A stretch of DNA of 64,000 nt, from positions 8,728,221-8,792,220 of the forward strand of contig OZ199839.1 of assembly GCA_964304625.1 (NCBI GenBank), read 5' to 3'. Within the stretch, counting starts at the first letter, position 1, and every line of letters starts with the position of its first letter. Position numbers and translations under genes: made by a program. Shown in pieces: positions 10,708 to 23,765 of the stretch. The notes below the pieces were generated by a model that was given only the letters and a program-made list of their open reading frames with translations, was not told the origin of the DNA and did not search any database. Origin of the DNA: Kudoa neothunni. Taxonomy: Eukaryota > Animalia > Cnidaria.

Positions 10708-13700
10708 TTAAAGTCTATCTAACTGTTCTAACAATGTACATGCTTGACAAATTGTTTTGCTGGATATGTGACCACATTTTTGACATTCCGCTAAACCACA
10801 TATTATCTAAATTACCATACTATATAAAATCACAAAGAGTTTGAGGTGCAATCGCGCGTGCGTCCATTGAGAAACACTTTACGGAATTGATAATGTCTAA
10901 TGGAAAATAAAATTTCATTACTAAATGTGCCAATTATTAAAAAATTACTTATAATGAAGTTGGGATTGATTTCCTCGATTTTCTTTATATAATTTCGAAC
11001 ATGCCCACTAAAAATACAATTTTTTAATCAACCAATTTATTTGTTTAGATTCAAAAGTGGTGAAGATTAATTCATTTTAAATTAAAATTATTGAACAACA
11101 AATGATGAAAAAGATTTTCTTTATATAATCTCGAACATGCTCACTAACAATAATATTTTTTAATCAACCAATTTATTTGTTTAGATTCAAAAGTGGTGAA
11201 GATTAATTCATTTTAAATTAAAATTATTGAACAACAAATGATGAAAAAGATTTTCTTTATATAATCTCGAACATGCTCACTAACAATAATATTTTTTAAT
11301 CAACCAATTTATTTGTTTAGATTCAAAAGTGGTGAAGATTAATTCATTTTAAATTAAAATTATTGAACAACAAATGATGAAAAAGATTTTCTTTATATAA
11401 TCTCGAACATGCTCACTAACAATAATATTTTTTAATCAACCAATTTACTTGTTTAGATTCAAAAGTGGTGAAGATTAATTCATTTTAAATTAAAATTATT
11501 GAACAACAAATGATGAAAAAGATTTTCTTTATATAATCTCGAACATGCTCACTAACAATAATATTTTTTAATCAACCAATTTACTTGTTTAGATTCAAAA
11601 GTGGTGAAGATTAATTCATTTTAAATTAAAATTTTGAACAACAAATGATGAAAAAGATTTTCCTTATATATGTCAGTGTTCCCAACCTTTTCAAAATCAA
11701 GTGTTGATTTTTTTGACTTGAACTGTTGATAACTTTGAACAAGACTTCTTATCACATGAAACTTAACATGTATTCCATCAGATCTAACTTACTTATTCTA
11801 CGATGCACTTTAAAAGTTAACATCGTTAGTTATTCACTCCGTCATAAACAGCATTAATAAAGTGAAACTTGTAGTAATCCAACTTTCATTAGGAAACACT
11901 TTCAAATATACGGGGCTAATAATTCGAAAATAAATAATATATAACAAAATTAATCAATAATACATTAGATTCAATCAAAAAAGGGATATATGATTCTAAA
12001 TGAGACAAGATTGAGATCAAACCATTCAAATTCTATTCGGGTGAAGTACACGCTAAATATTATTTTTGATTTTTGTATAATTAGTCATTGCTCGTTGTTC
12101 TTTTATGAAATTAATTGTCATTTAAAAATACGCGATATTGAAATCAAACTACGTCATACCACCCCATCATCTCACCATTATATGTGTCACACCAATACTC
12201 AGAATTTTCCGTGATTCATTAAACGTTCAAAAATTACTATTCCCCACCATAATTTTTTCATTCTTCATTGGTGGAGCGTGGAGAAACAATTATCTATGTT
12301 AGGGTTCTTAACCGGGAGTAAACTTTAGATGATCGAGGGGAATTAAATATCTTCAAAATTAGGTACGGACAATTGTTGAATAATGCGGTATGACATGCAT
12401 TTAAGGATTTCAAAGGAGTTATAATACTCAGAGCTATTAAAATCAATTAAGATATTTGTATGGACAACTATTTGTAAAACTATTAATAAAACTATTATCG
12501 GTCTTTTTCTTTCATGCCTCGTTTATCTTTTTGAGCCGTAGCCTAATGATACTTAAATTAGTATACAACCTTACAGTAGATATAAATTTAGCTTCCAAGC
12601 TAAGGGGAAATTTGGATTTTTCAACCGGCGAAGGGGGTAAATTTAAAAGAACGGTTGAGAATCCCTGATCTAAGTGATTGTCGTTAAGTCGACTGCTTCG
12701 TTGGTGTATTTTAATTTTTTTTTATAATTTAATCAATCTCTTATTTACATATGCTGTATTCTTTGTTCTGTATATTATATTCTATATAAAGGAGGGTTTG
12801 ACAATAAGAAGGGTGATTTGAACACACTACGTAAGTATTTTAGTTGTATTTTCATATAAAAATGCAGTTTAAGGCGGATATTTCGTGAATTTTATTTTGG
12901 TATATTTTAGTTAAAATATTTCTGAATAAATATGGTAAAAAGAAAGTTTAAAAGAAGACAGTAATGTAGATTATGAAATTTGTTATATATTCGATATTAT
13001 AAATAAAATATTAGGATTTCATTATTCATGAAAAATATCTTTGACAATAATTAGATTTAAAACTGCGGAGGCTATATGCACGGTAATTTTTTTAATCCTA
13101 ACAACTCAGTCGCAAACCGTATACAGATTTAATTTGTTCATATCTGCTAGATTTAATTATTTCTTATCCATCGCTTCTCGTTCGCAGAGGTCAGAGGTCA
13201 GAAATAATTAAATATAACAAAAACTAATTTCAATTTAATATTATTTACCATGCAAATGACCACCTTCTACCTACAATTTTCTGGTAATATTTTTAATTAT
13301 AATATTATACGATTATAATAAAATAAAATTTTAACAAAATAATCTATTGAAGATTTACCGATAAGCAAATTTCGCATATTTGCACTCAGTGGCAAAATAT
13401 TTCAATTCGTTGTAGAACGCATATAAAACTATCTCTTTCTCATACGAATACAGCAGCGGTTTACAACGAGTCGTAGTGGATTTCGATTTAGCCTATTGTG
13501 TGAGTAACAATGAAACAACAAACAGTTGAGAAAACTGCCACATCCCAACTATTACTATATACCGATAAAGGAAGTACACATTTTTCTAGTCGATGTATAT
13601 CTCCACGTAAAACTAGCAAATAAAAATATTACATATCAAAAACAAGCAACAAGTTACTATTCATTAGAACAGTTTCAGCCACGTCGTCAGCATTGTGCCC

Positions 13701-14478
13701 TGTGGCAATTTTGTTGACGCCAATTTTTTTCGACCCAATTTCTAAGGCTTGTCGACGAAACACCCCACAGTAGCTACCTATTTGCATCAGTTTAATGTTT
13801 AAACTATCAAATAATGATGCTGTTTGGTTTCAGTTAAACTATATTTACAGTTATGTTTCTGGCCTATCTTATCCACCACAGCATCCATTGTTGTGTTAAA
13901 GAGTTGTTCGTAACTTAAAACTGTCAGAGGAAGATTGTAATCAATCCTATTGATTTCCACAGTCTAAAAATTAAATGGTGCTATAATTAGGTGGCATCCG
14001 CTGGAGAAATACCCTCAACGAATCATCCCTATAACCTTCCAGGCCTTCGTCGATCGACAACATAAACAACTCAATTCCATAATTGTATTTTTGATTGAGT
14101 CTTTTCAGCACATAAATTAACACTGTAGAATCTATTTCGAAGGATAAAAAGGTTCTAAAGAAATGATACATTTCAATCATATACCCTTCCCACCAGAAGC
14201 TCCCAATGCTACTTTATCCCCAGGAGTGAAAATATTGTTTTTGATGATGGTTTCGTGTACTTCTTCTTCGAATTGTTCACAAAAGCATTGTTTGCATAGT
14301 AGTTCTTGCTTTATTAAAAATTTAATGAATTTGTATATATATTAAATTAATTTGATATAATATAATTGGTTAATGAGGGGATTAGGGATTTAACACCGTT
14401 TACAGTAGATAGCAACTAAAATACAGTGCGTCTCCTCTTGACAATAGCTTTTTGTTGACAGCGCACACAGCACAACAT
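10708..14478 (-). CDS. CTU1: Cytoplasmic tRNA 2-thiolation protein 1 (CTU1/NCS6)
   Basis: ATG 14478 [15 protein letters not shown]; [14 protein letters not shown]; PP-loop GASGGKDS; [14 protein letters not shown]; [13 protein letters not shown]; [16 protein letters not shown]; [12 protein letters not shown]|GHVRNYIK spans the 2.35-kb intron 13358-11008. C-terminal [16 protein letters not shown]; TAA 10710-10708. Confidence 0.95.
10978..11670. repeat. 136-bp tandem repeat, about 5 copies, overlapping a CTU1 intron/exon boundary
   Basis: The CAACCAATT anchor recurs at 11029, 11165, 11301, 11437 and 11573, a period of exactly 136; copies are near-identical. Confidence 0.95.
11674..12110 (+). 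mobile_element. hAT-type non-autonomous element (copy 1)
   Basis: Starts with the hAT-like TIR CAGTGTTCCCAACC. About 11995-12065 (ATGAGACAAGATTGAGAT..GGTGAAGTACACG) matches the reverse complement of about 23290-23360. The far boundary is approximate. Confidence 0.65.
12300..12667. mobile_element. hAT (Charlie-like) MITE with 8-bp target-site duplication
   Basis: TIRs TAGGGTTCTTAACCG and CGGTTGAGAATCCCTG. Flanks ATCTATGT (12292-12299) and ATCTAAGT (12668-12675) are 7/8 identical. Confidence 0.75.
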
Positions 14479-14585
14479 TCCAAATGTGATAAAGTATGAG
14501 AATTCTTGTTAGAGGCTAGGTTCTAGCGTTAAGTAGCCTTAATTGGTTGGGTATGCGCACGCTTATTTTTTACATCAGGATTGTC
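14479..14585. promoter_or_regulatory. Probable bidirectional promoter between CTU1 and the FAM210-like gene
   Basis: The head-to-head ATGs are separated by only 107 nt, which contain ATGCGCACGC at about 14553. Confidence 0.55.
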
Positions 14586-15198
14586 ATGCTGCCGTTGCGT
14601 GGTACCAGATTCTCTATACTCCATCGGTATAGTCGGTATGCTCGACTCTCCATGATGAAATTCAATGGTACCTACGTGAGGTGGAATTCGACAACAAAAT
14701 TCAATTCTAAACAATTTACCGCCAGGATACCACCAATCAAAGATCTAATGAATCCGAAAATTCTAGCTAGATTCGTTGCATCAAATGGGGCCATTATAAT
14801 TATCTATGAGATTTTAAATATCACATTCGCTGTTATTTTCTATAAACTGTTTCAATTGTAATTATGAGTGTTGTTGACATGAGTGTTTAAGTTGGTTTTC
14901 GGTTAGAGGAATTTTAAACCCCAAAAAAGTGTTCCAATTTTTCGGAATCCACAAAACCGAAGAACAGGAAAAAGACAGTTTTTTACAGAAAAAGATCAAC
15001 GTCTACTTGGAACGGCTCCAACGTATTGGAATTATCGGAGATCAAGGTGCTAATGCCGACCAGCTTAAACAAGTAGGCAAAAATCTCTTCTACACCATTG
15101 TTATGCTGAAGATATTTATGCCTGTAAAAATGCTTTTATCTGTACTAATTTTTATTATTTTCAAAAGATTAGTCGGTTTTAAAATTAGAAAAATTTGA
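14586..15198 (+). CDS. FAM210/DUF1279-like mitochondrial membrane protein (2 exons)
   Basis: The Arg/Ser-rich N-terminus lacks acidic residues and resembles a mitochondrial targeting peptide. Intron 14858-14906 (49 nt) joins ORFs 14547 and 14929 in frame. Two hydrophobic segments; FYTIVMLKIFMPVKMLLSV resembles the DUF1279 xxYxxxKxxxPxR helix. Confidence 0.55.
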
Positions 15199-17148
15199 TT
15201 TTGTATTATTTCTCAGTGGTTATTTTCTATAAGTTGGTGCGATTGCTCTTGTTAACATTTTTAAGTTTCTATTTTTTCTCTCTCATTGTTCGGTGTTTTA
15301 AATATTAATTAATTAATAAAATAATATTTTTTCTATAGTTATTTTATGAGTATAAATAAGTGTGTATTTGATCTTTAAGTTGAAAACAGAACTCAGTAAA
15401 CAATGAAGTGTTTCTCTTTATATTGTAAACCCCATTTTTAAAATGTAACGAGATGTTTTAATTGCGAATTTTAGAAAAATAACGGCGAACAACCTATAAA
15501 TTTATAAATCTATCAAACAGCAAATAATTTATTGTTCAAAGCTCAACTAGAAAAATATTTTATTTAAAAACTACATTCATTGAAATGATGAAGATACAAA
15601 TGCATAACCACCAGATTTTCATCAAGCTGAGTTAAAAATAGAAAAATCTTAATTTAAGATATCAAGGAAAAAAATCATTTCCTCTAGGAAAACTCTATTC
15701 TACGAATTGAATGTATCCCATGTGATATCTATCATTAATACTATATAAATTTGATTCACGTCTGAAATTATTGAAATTACAATGATCCTAGTTAATTTAT
15801 TTCGGAAGATTGTGATACAAATCCTGATGGATATTAACCACAGATCAGAAATTGGAAATGCGAACACTTCTTTTCAGAGAACCTAGATTTCTTAATTGTC
15901 CTAAGGAATTCATGACTAATACAGTGTCGCACTGCTTAGACGGATTAACAAAAAATGAAGCAAAGTGACTAATGATACTTTCAAAAATTTTACTCAAAGA
16001 AATATTATAATGTTTCTAGAAAAAAAAAAATAATAATAATAATAATTAAGAATCACATTATAAAATTGCTCGAATACAAAATACAATAATTGTTTGCGCA
16101 CACAAAAAAGGACGTAAAATCGATCAATGATGAATTTTCAGTAACTTTTCTCTGGTCCAAAAAGGATTACTGAAAATCGATTACCTACTGTATAATGGTA
16201 TTATGTTTTGTAATAATGGCCACATTCTGAACTTAGAAATGTTTGCGCAATGCAAATTAAAATTGGAATTCATATCGAAATATGAAGATATTTCGTCACG
16301 AATATAAAATAAATACTAAAATTTTACAGAAAAAATTCTTTAGTTTATTAATTATTTAGATATTGTAATTAAAGCAAAATCTAAAATTTACTTTTTTACA
16401 ATAAATTTTCATAATGATTTCATTTTATTATATAAAATGCATTTTTTAGTTTAAATGTAGGATTTATAATTTATACGAAAATAATAAAAACTGATTATTG
16501 ATTTGAATAATTTTTTAGAGTAATTACTTAAATTTAATTTAAACAGTAATATCTACATAACATATTATAATTTATCTTTCGACTAGAAATAAAGTGACTG
16601 CTACACAAAAGTTATAAAACAAATGAAATTTTGCGCGTGCGCGTTCAACTAAACTGAAAATTCAACAAATTCTTCATTAATCTTATATGTTCATAAAATG
16701 CGCATTGGATTCTGCAAAGTAATTTTAGATGAGTATTGTTTCAAAATGTAGATGAAAGTTACTAATCTGACGTAACAAGTATACTTTGCAAAAATCGCTC
16801 AACATTTAAGAGAAAATTCACTTTATAATTTATTTATACCAATAATTCACACCCTATTTTAATAATATATTTTACAAGAACTAAATAAATAGAAATACAA
16901 AAAATGTCGGAAACTGAAGCCAGCCTCGCATATAGAATATAAACTGAGAATAAACAAGAAATCAAAATGAAAAACAATTCGGGTTATTATTTCACATCTA
17001 AAATTTTAAAAATCCAATAATTTATTGATTATTCTCAGCGGATTTTTAGTTTCGAATAATTTTTTATGTGTACACGAACATTAACGAGAGCACGAATGGC
17101 GATTACCTGCCTCGATCTGATCCTATACATTCGAATAAATAATATTTA

Positions 17149-19378
17149 ATGAGCGAAAAACTTGAATGCCAAACATGCGGCAATACTGAGTTGTTTGAGG
17201 AGGATTGCACTTATTATTGTAATCGTTGCGGATCGCAATCCCAAGTAATGGACGCATTTGTATTCGGATTTAATGCTGTTCCCTCCTCCTCCTAAAGGTA
17301 GCAGCAAAATCCAGTCAGGTTCAACCAACGTGTTATTCGGCGCCGAAGACACAAAGGGTTGCCAAATCGAAATATAACGCTAAGAATGACGGTAAAAAAT
17401 TAATGAAAAATACCACAAATAAATATCACAAAATAATTAGTTCAACAAAGTAAAGAAGCCTATAAACGTTTGTATTCCACCTATGAGAATGCTCAGATAA
17501 TACTAAAAGCCTTTTTCAAATCGATACAAGATGAACTCCCATCTGACCAACTTCAACATATTGAAGTACATTTCCTCCGGTGGAATCAGATAAAATTCGT
17601 TGTATTTGGTGAATAATTATGATTGGTAGAAATCAGTCGGTATGATGTGGATGAATTATTTGGAACGAAACAACATATTTGATCCATCGAAAATTACAAA
17701 AAATCGCTTCTCTCGTCTTCACTCAAGTGATTTGGAGTTTATGAAAAGTCTCGAAGAGAAGATCGATGCATTAAATGATCAGAAAAGCAAAAAAGCCGAT
17801 GCCAATTCCAATGAAATTATCGAGAATATCGAGAATAATAATGACCTCGACCCTACCGGGAGGAACGGTCGTCTTTTTATTGTAAATTCCAACCGGATGT
17901 TATGCATTTTGTTTGTTGCTCTTAAGCACAACTATATTAAAGTTACATATCGAGATTTTTTAAAGTAAACAGTATTAAACACGCCTACAAAATTCCTACC
18001 AACTCAATTTTAATGGTCATTTCTAGTTGGACCACATCAAACAAAATACCTTTTTACGATTCGCACAAAATCCTGCCAATGAATACCGAATTCAGTGCTT
18101 TGATCCAGTTTTTGTTTTCACCTAAAAGGATGTACATTGGTTTTAAGTTCTATTCGGTAGCTTACGAGGTGTACATGAAAATGAATTGGTTTTCCAACGA
18201 AGCAGTTGAGCAGAATAATGTCCGTAGTTATATTGAAAAAACTGTTGGCGATCTTCATTTACCAGGTGAATAATTATGCTTCCAACTGAGCATTCATCTT
18301 TAATAATCATCTACATTCAATATTCATTTCATTTCGTTTCATCAATATATAAATGTACATGTATAGACGAAATTACTGTTATTGCCAATGATTTGTATGA
18401 TATTTGGCACACCTACGCCAAATCTGCGTTGCGAACGGCGTATTTATTTCGAGAAATGATTATACTTCCTGAAATTTACGCGATGGCGTTGGTGATTATT
18501 GCCACCAAATTTTACTTCTATGTTCTCTGGATGATAATTTCTAACAGTGAGGAATTTAATGTAGATTTCTTAAGTAATTTATTCCGGTCTACGCACTCTT
18601 CGAACATCGTTCAAAATACTCATTTAACTTATTGTTATATATAGCTCAAAAGTACAATATTGATAAGGACCTATTGGAGAATGCTATGTAATTTAGTGGA
18701 GCCGTTTTATCTCAACATTGTTCAATTACTACCCTTAGAAACGTCCAATCCACTTATTGGAACGCTTGGAAAAAAGATATTTCCTATATTTTGTTGAGAT
18801 TTTTTGTTGATAACAACAGTTTCGGCTCTTTACATGATAGTTATGACACTGTGTTTGAGGATCTGATGAAAGATCCAACCCAATCCCATTTATTTTCTCA
18901 TTTTGAAACTCTCTCCAAGACACGTCCTAGAAATCGCAAGTATTTCTCATAGCATAACTCAACTGAATTCAACTACATTCTTAATTCTATTAATAATAAA
19001 ATAAATATATTTGTTGTATTTGTCTTTTGATATTTCAATAGAAACTACTCCAACCTGGAATTGGCATCCATTAAAAAGATCAAAAATCTCCTCAACTCTT
19101 GGCCCACCTCTCCATCTATTAAACAAACAAATTCTTCAACTTCTAAAGACCCAACCACTATTAAGATTAAATCATTCGTTCTAACTGACATCACTGCTGT
19201 TTCATTCGATTTCATTCTGAACAACCTCAAAAATGTTCTAATCGATTACTATCAACCTAATTGTTTCAACGAAAACACTGAATTTGATTTCTTAGTAGAT
19301 ATTAGCTCGAAATATGTTTCTCTACATTCGAAGTACATTTTAGATGTAGTTAATGCTGTGGAGGAGCAACTGTGTTAA
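17149..19378 (+). CDS. TAF1B: RNA polymerase I TBP-associated factor TAF1B/RRN7
   Basis: N-terminal zinc ribbon CQTCGNTELFEEDCTYYCNRCGSQSQ; GMMWMNYL; LCILFVAL..VTYRDFLNWTTSNKIPF; PEIYAMALVIIATKFYF. A GT-AG spliced path reaches TAA at 19376-19378. Confidence 0.8.
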
Positions 19379-19424
19379 TATTATTGTTTTTCTTCGTTCG
19401 CGCACGCGCATCGATAGTTAATAA

Positions 19425-22203
19425 ATGCAACCAGAGTTAGACACCACAACCAATGTATCTATTCTACTCTATCATTTCATAAATTCATCAATTTTTATCG
19501 AGCATGTTATAGTATGAGTTGTTCGCGAAACAGTTCACATACGAAAAATGGCTCCAGCTTTCAACCGAAGATAAATACCAACTGGCTGTATGTTAGACTA
19601 TCGTCGGATTTTCTAACAAATTTTTGTTCGTAGAAATTTTTAAACTTGTACAAACACAAACACTCAAATACTCCAATCGATATCTCTCAACTGGATGAAT
19701 ATGTGAGGTTGGCAATCATTCGTTTTAATCTGGCTTAATTTTCGGCGGTTATTATAGGAACATATTTGGACAACTGGATAATTTTGTCTATGGAAATCCT
19801 ATAGAATCGTTGTATTTTAAGATGAGGGGTAGTGCAAATTGAAATCAATACTAGCGATAACGCGTTATAGTTAATTATTGGGCACCATGTAACGAAAAGA
19901 AGCGTTCAAATTTAAAATTATTGTCCAGAGATTATACCTTGGTATACATTAATATGTGGGTGGGAGTTGTAATCGAAAATATTTTTTGTGTAAGATGAGA
20001 CAAAAACAATGGATGGTAACACAAGCGATCCATACACTGGAGTTGAGAAAAGTGATTCGTCATCGCAAATAATTTACTTTTTTAATGATGGATTAAGCAA
20101 TTTTTCAAGAGGTTTCTAAATGAGAGTATGACTATGAATGGTAGCAATTTGATCGCACCCAAAAAGTAGAATATAGTTTTTAAACGAGATCAATACAAAT
20201 TATTGGTATTCCCAGAATTAAATCAAACTACAACAACAGCATTAAAGCAAAAGCAATGGCATTCGCTAATCGAAAAGTTGAAGAGTATTTTATAGATAGA
20301 TAGATTGTTGTTGTTGTTGTTGTTGTTGGTTAGATAAACAGATGTTGTTTAGAATATTCGCCAAACACACGACAACTCCCAATTCTAATGTGCTTATTTA
20401 TCGATTGGCCTTAAATTGAATTTTCGACAGGAAACTAACAGTGTTAATGAGATCAAGAGCATTATTCCTTTATATCTAAAGAAGGAAGATTTAAAGAAGG
20501 TGAACATGATTTGTGTCTAGAAATAGCTAAGTTATTGTAAATCTATGGATGTGTAGATCCAATGTGAATCGAGAAAAAGATCCGCGTCCTCTGCACAATT
20601 ATACGATAGAACCGCTACACTTAAGGATACAGAAAACCTTGCCCCGTCGTTAAGCCTTAGTCGTAATGTATCACAATCACAGTTATCACTAAGAACAAGC
20701 AATGATATAATCAATAACAAAAATATTTCTATCCCACCAATAGGCCAACCTTTCTTGACGCCTAATACTGCTGCTTTACCCCAATTGATCACACTCGACA
20801 GCCATCAATCTACAACTGGCGGTATGAAATCAATACCCAATTTTGGGCAAGATTCTCAAATTTTCCCCATCAATATTGATGGTAATCGTTCGGCAGTTAA
20901 AATGATACCATCAATGTATGATGAATCGTCCAAATCCTCATTGTTTGCATTACTTCGAAATGTGATGTTATCAATGCCTCAATATTCGATCACAGTGGAA
21001 CAAGTGAGCGTTGGTTTGTATAAGTGAAAATTTATAGACATTACGGTAGGCGAAAAATTACGTCAACGATTACATGAAACACCATCAACTGTTGAACTGG
21101 TGCAAGTGTCCTCCACTTATCACCAGCAAAATACCTGAAGCCTTGTTCTATCTCTCTGGCAAATTAAGCGCTACTCACATACCAAATTTTGTGACTTTTG
21201 TCAAACACTCACTAGGCTCCTATCATGAGTTTGATGATCCCACTTTTGTGTGGACCGAACCCAACCTCTCCATCGCCAACGATAATGTATTGTTGATGCT
21301 CTGTCAACATTGGGCTACATTTGATTGTCGTCAAAATCCCTTCTATCTTGTCCCCTCACCTGGGTACGATATTAATGATAATTTAAATCATTATGATTAC
21401 GTTGAAAATATTTTTTCATATCGATCACATTATCTGTTTAGGCAGACGTTTTGCATCTCTGCACGACCCGAAATGACATTTCATCAACAAGTAATTTGTA
21501 TGAGTGAGTTAATCGATAATAAAGGGATTTTCTGCTACAGGAAACTGAACGTTTTGCCAACCCCACTATTTGTTATCGTTACTTCCAAAATTCAAACTAC
21601 TATTTGGTTGGTCCAATCAAAGTATGATTTTTTTTTGAATCGAAGCGATAGGTGATGTACGGGTTTTTAGGGAATTAATTCGAATGATGCTTCTATCTCC
21701 AGGGATGATTCCAACAACAAAGCACGCGCTCACAATCTACTCATCTCCAATCGTCCCCATTTTCTCACGCTGTCACGTATAATCAAAGATGCGGTTGCTA
21801 GACTTCCTGGTGGCTGTGGAAACAGAAAAGCGGTTCGTTTTGTGAGATTTTATTTTTGTGTATTTTTGATTAGATTTTTGAGAATCTTCTCAACTCCCAA
21901 TATCTACTTCCTGATTTCGATCAACACAATGCATGTTTAATTTTTCTGTTGAAACCAACTTATTCGGCCTTAGATTCTGAATCTTATCAGTTCCTACCTG
22001 GATAGAGTCAACTCCGGAAAAGATGCTTTCGTCAAGTATGACCCCATCGAGAAAAAATGGCGTTATCTAAGTGTTGGATATTCACCCGAGCAACTGTGTA
22101 GTTCACGTTATTGTCTATGTGAGTCCTAAAAACTGTTTCTATAGATACAATTTATCGGGCTGATAACGCCATATCCAGAGTGAAAAAAATCCATTACCTC
22201 TAA
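19425..22203 (+). CDS. NFRKB: NFRKB/INO80G (INO80 complex subunit), compact form
   Basis: DEUBAD-like N-terminus (ELFAKQFTYEKWLQLSTEDKYQLAKFL; NFVYGNPI); FHQQETERFANP; KARAHNLLISNRPHFLTLSRIIKDAVARLPGGCGNR; SQYLLPD; LDRV..KDAFVKYDPIEKKWRYL. One intron is GC-AG. Confidence 0.9.
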
Positions 22204-22374
22204 GCAATAACTTGACTATTGATTAATCTATTTTGTCTGTGTTATTTTTCGAATCTGAGGTTTTGAAACTTCCTTTCAATGTAAAATTTATCCAACTTTT
22301 CAATTAAATTGCTTTGGGTTAAGGACTATAGAAACGTCAAATGAGATTTTTTACCCGAGTGTTTTAATCAGTTG

Positions 22375-22406
<32 letters not shown>

Positions 22407-23239
22407 GACATAATATATAAGAAAATTATTTTTATTTATTGCAGCCAAGTTAAATAATTTTAAATATTAATCATTTCATGATACATACAAAACATATATG
22501 CAAATTTTAAGCCATTGTTAACCAACGTGGGTCCCACCAATGACAAGTGAAAACATTTTGGTGAGGCATAGAAATGTTTGAACGTTTAATGAATCGCTCT
22601 GATGGAATGCGGAAAATTCTGAGTATTGGTTTGTTTTTTTTTTGTTTACAAGGTCAAACTCCTAAAGCGATTCGTTAGGTTATGAAGTTGGGGCCTTCTC
22701 CATTTACGCTGTAGGCACCGCAACGTCATATTAAGACGACTTCCGTTTATGCGATAATGTGGGATTTTAACCCACAAAACACATCCTCGTTTTAGAGCAA
22801 TCACCATCCCAACCATACCCTGGACTAACCCAGAATTTGTTTAGGAAAGTCTTTTGAATTCTGAACGGGGCGGGCGTCGGCTCTACGGAAACCTCCTACT
22901 GGATTTTATTTCGTCCCTGTACCCTCGCATTAATGAGAACTCGAGTTCTACCCTTCCGCCAGATTCCCCTCCCAGCCGCAAAAAAAACCACGATAAATCG
23001 TAAATCCTTGCTATTAGATTACTACTGCTTTCCTTCTTAATTTGGATTAGGAGTACAGAAACGCTAGGACTAGGCCTCAAATTGGCTACCTTACAGTAAG
23101 TGAGTTCGACCTAACACCACCAGGCCATATTGTTCAGGCCTCTTTTGAGTATTGATAATTGATACGACACGGCTGATAGTGAGATAATTGAGCAGATTGA
23201 CGTACTTTGAAGTCATTGTCGCTTGTTTTTAAGTGATTA

Positions 23240-23765
23240 TTAATATCACAAAAATACAACAAGCAATGGTTAATCATATCAAAATTAATAATAATATTTA
23301 ACGTGTACTTCACCCCAATAGAATTAGAATGGTTTGAATCTCAATCTTGTCTCATTTATAATAATGTATCCGCTTTTTTATTAAACCTGATATAGCATTG
23401 ATTCATTTTGCACTTTACTATTTATTCTCGGTTCATTAGCCCCATGTATATAAAAGCCCTCCCGAATGAAAATAAAATTACTACGAAAATTCACATACCA
23501 TGATGCTGTTTTGGATGGAATGAATAATTAACGATGTTAATTTTTAAAGTCCATCGTTAACTAAAGTTAGATTTGTCCGAACACATTTTAATGTTAATTA
23601 GAAAGCAAGTATATATTAATTTCTTTCAAATTTTAATGTGATAAAGAGTTTTATTAAGTTATAAACAGTTTAATTGGAAAAATCAATACTTTTAAGAAAG
23701 GTGGGGAATGGAACTATTTTTCGAGAAAAAATGGCGCGAGATAGAAAAAAGATTGGGAAAGACTG
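23240..23765 (-). mobile_element. hAT-type non-autonomous element (copy 2, inverted relative to 11674)
   Basis: Ends GATTGGGAAAGACTG (reverse complement CAGTCTTTCCCAATC) and has internal homology to 11674-12110. The left boundary is approximate. Confidence 0.65.

Noticed and set aside
10845-10865. GCGCGTGCG as a BUB3 promoter motif
   Set aside because: It lies inside a CTU1 coding exon (DARAIA).
10978-11670. CRISPR-like array
   Set aside because: The units are full-length tandem duplicates with no unique spacers, and the context is eukaryotic.
13245-13270. Apparent CTU1 exon GGHLH needing a non-canonical splice
   Set aside because: The true continuation [12 protein letters not shown] is at 11007 with a canonical AG.
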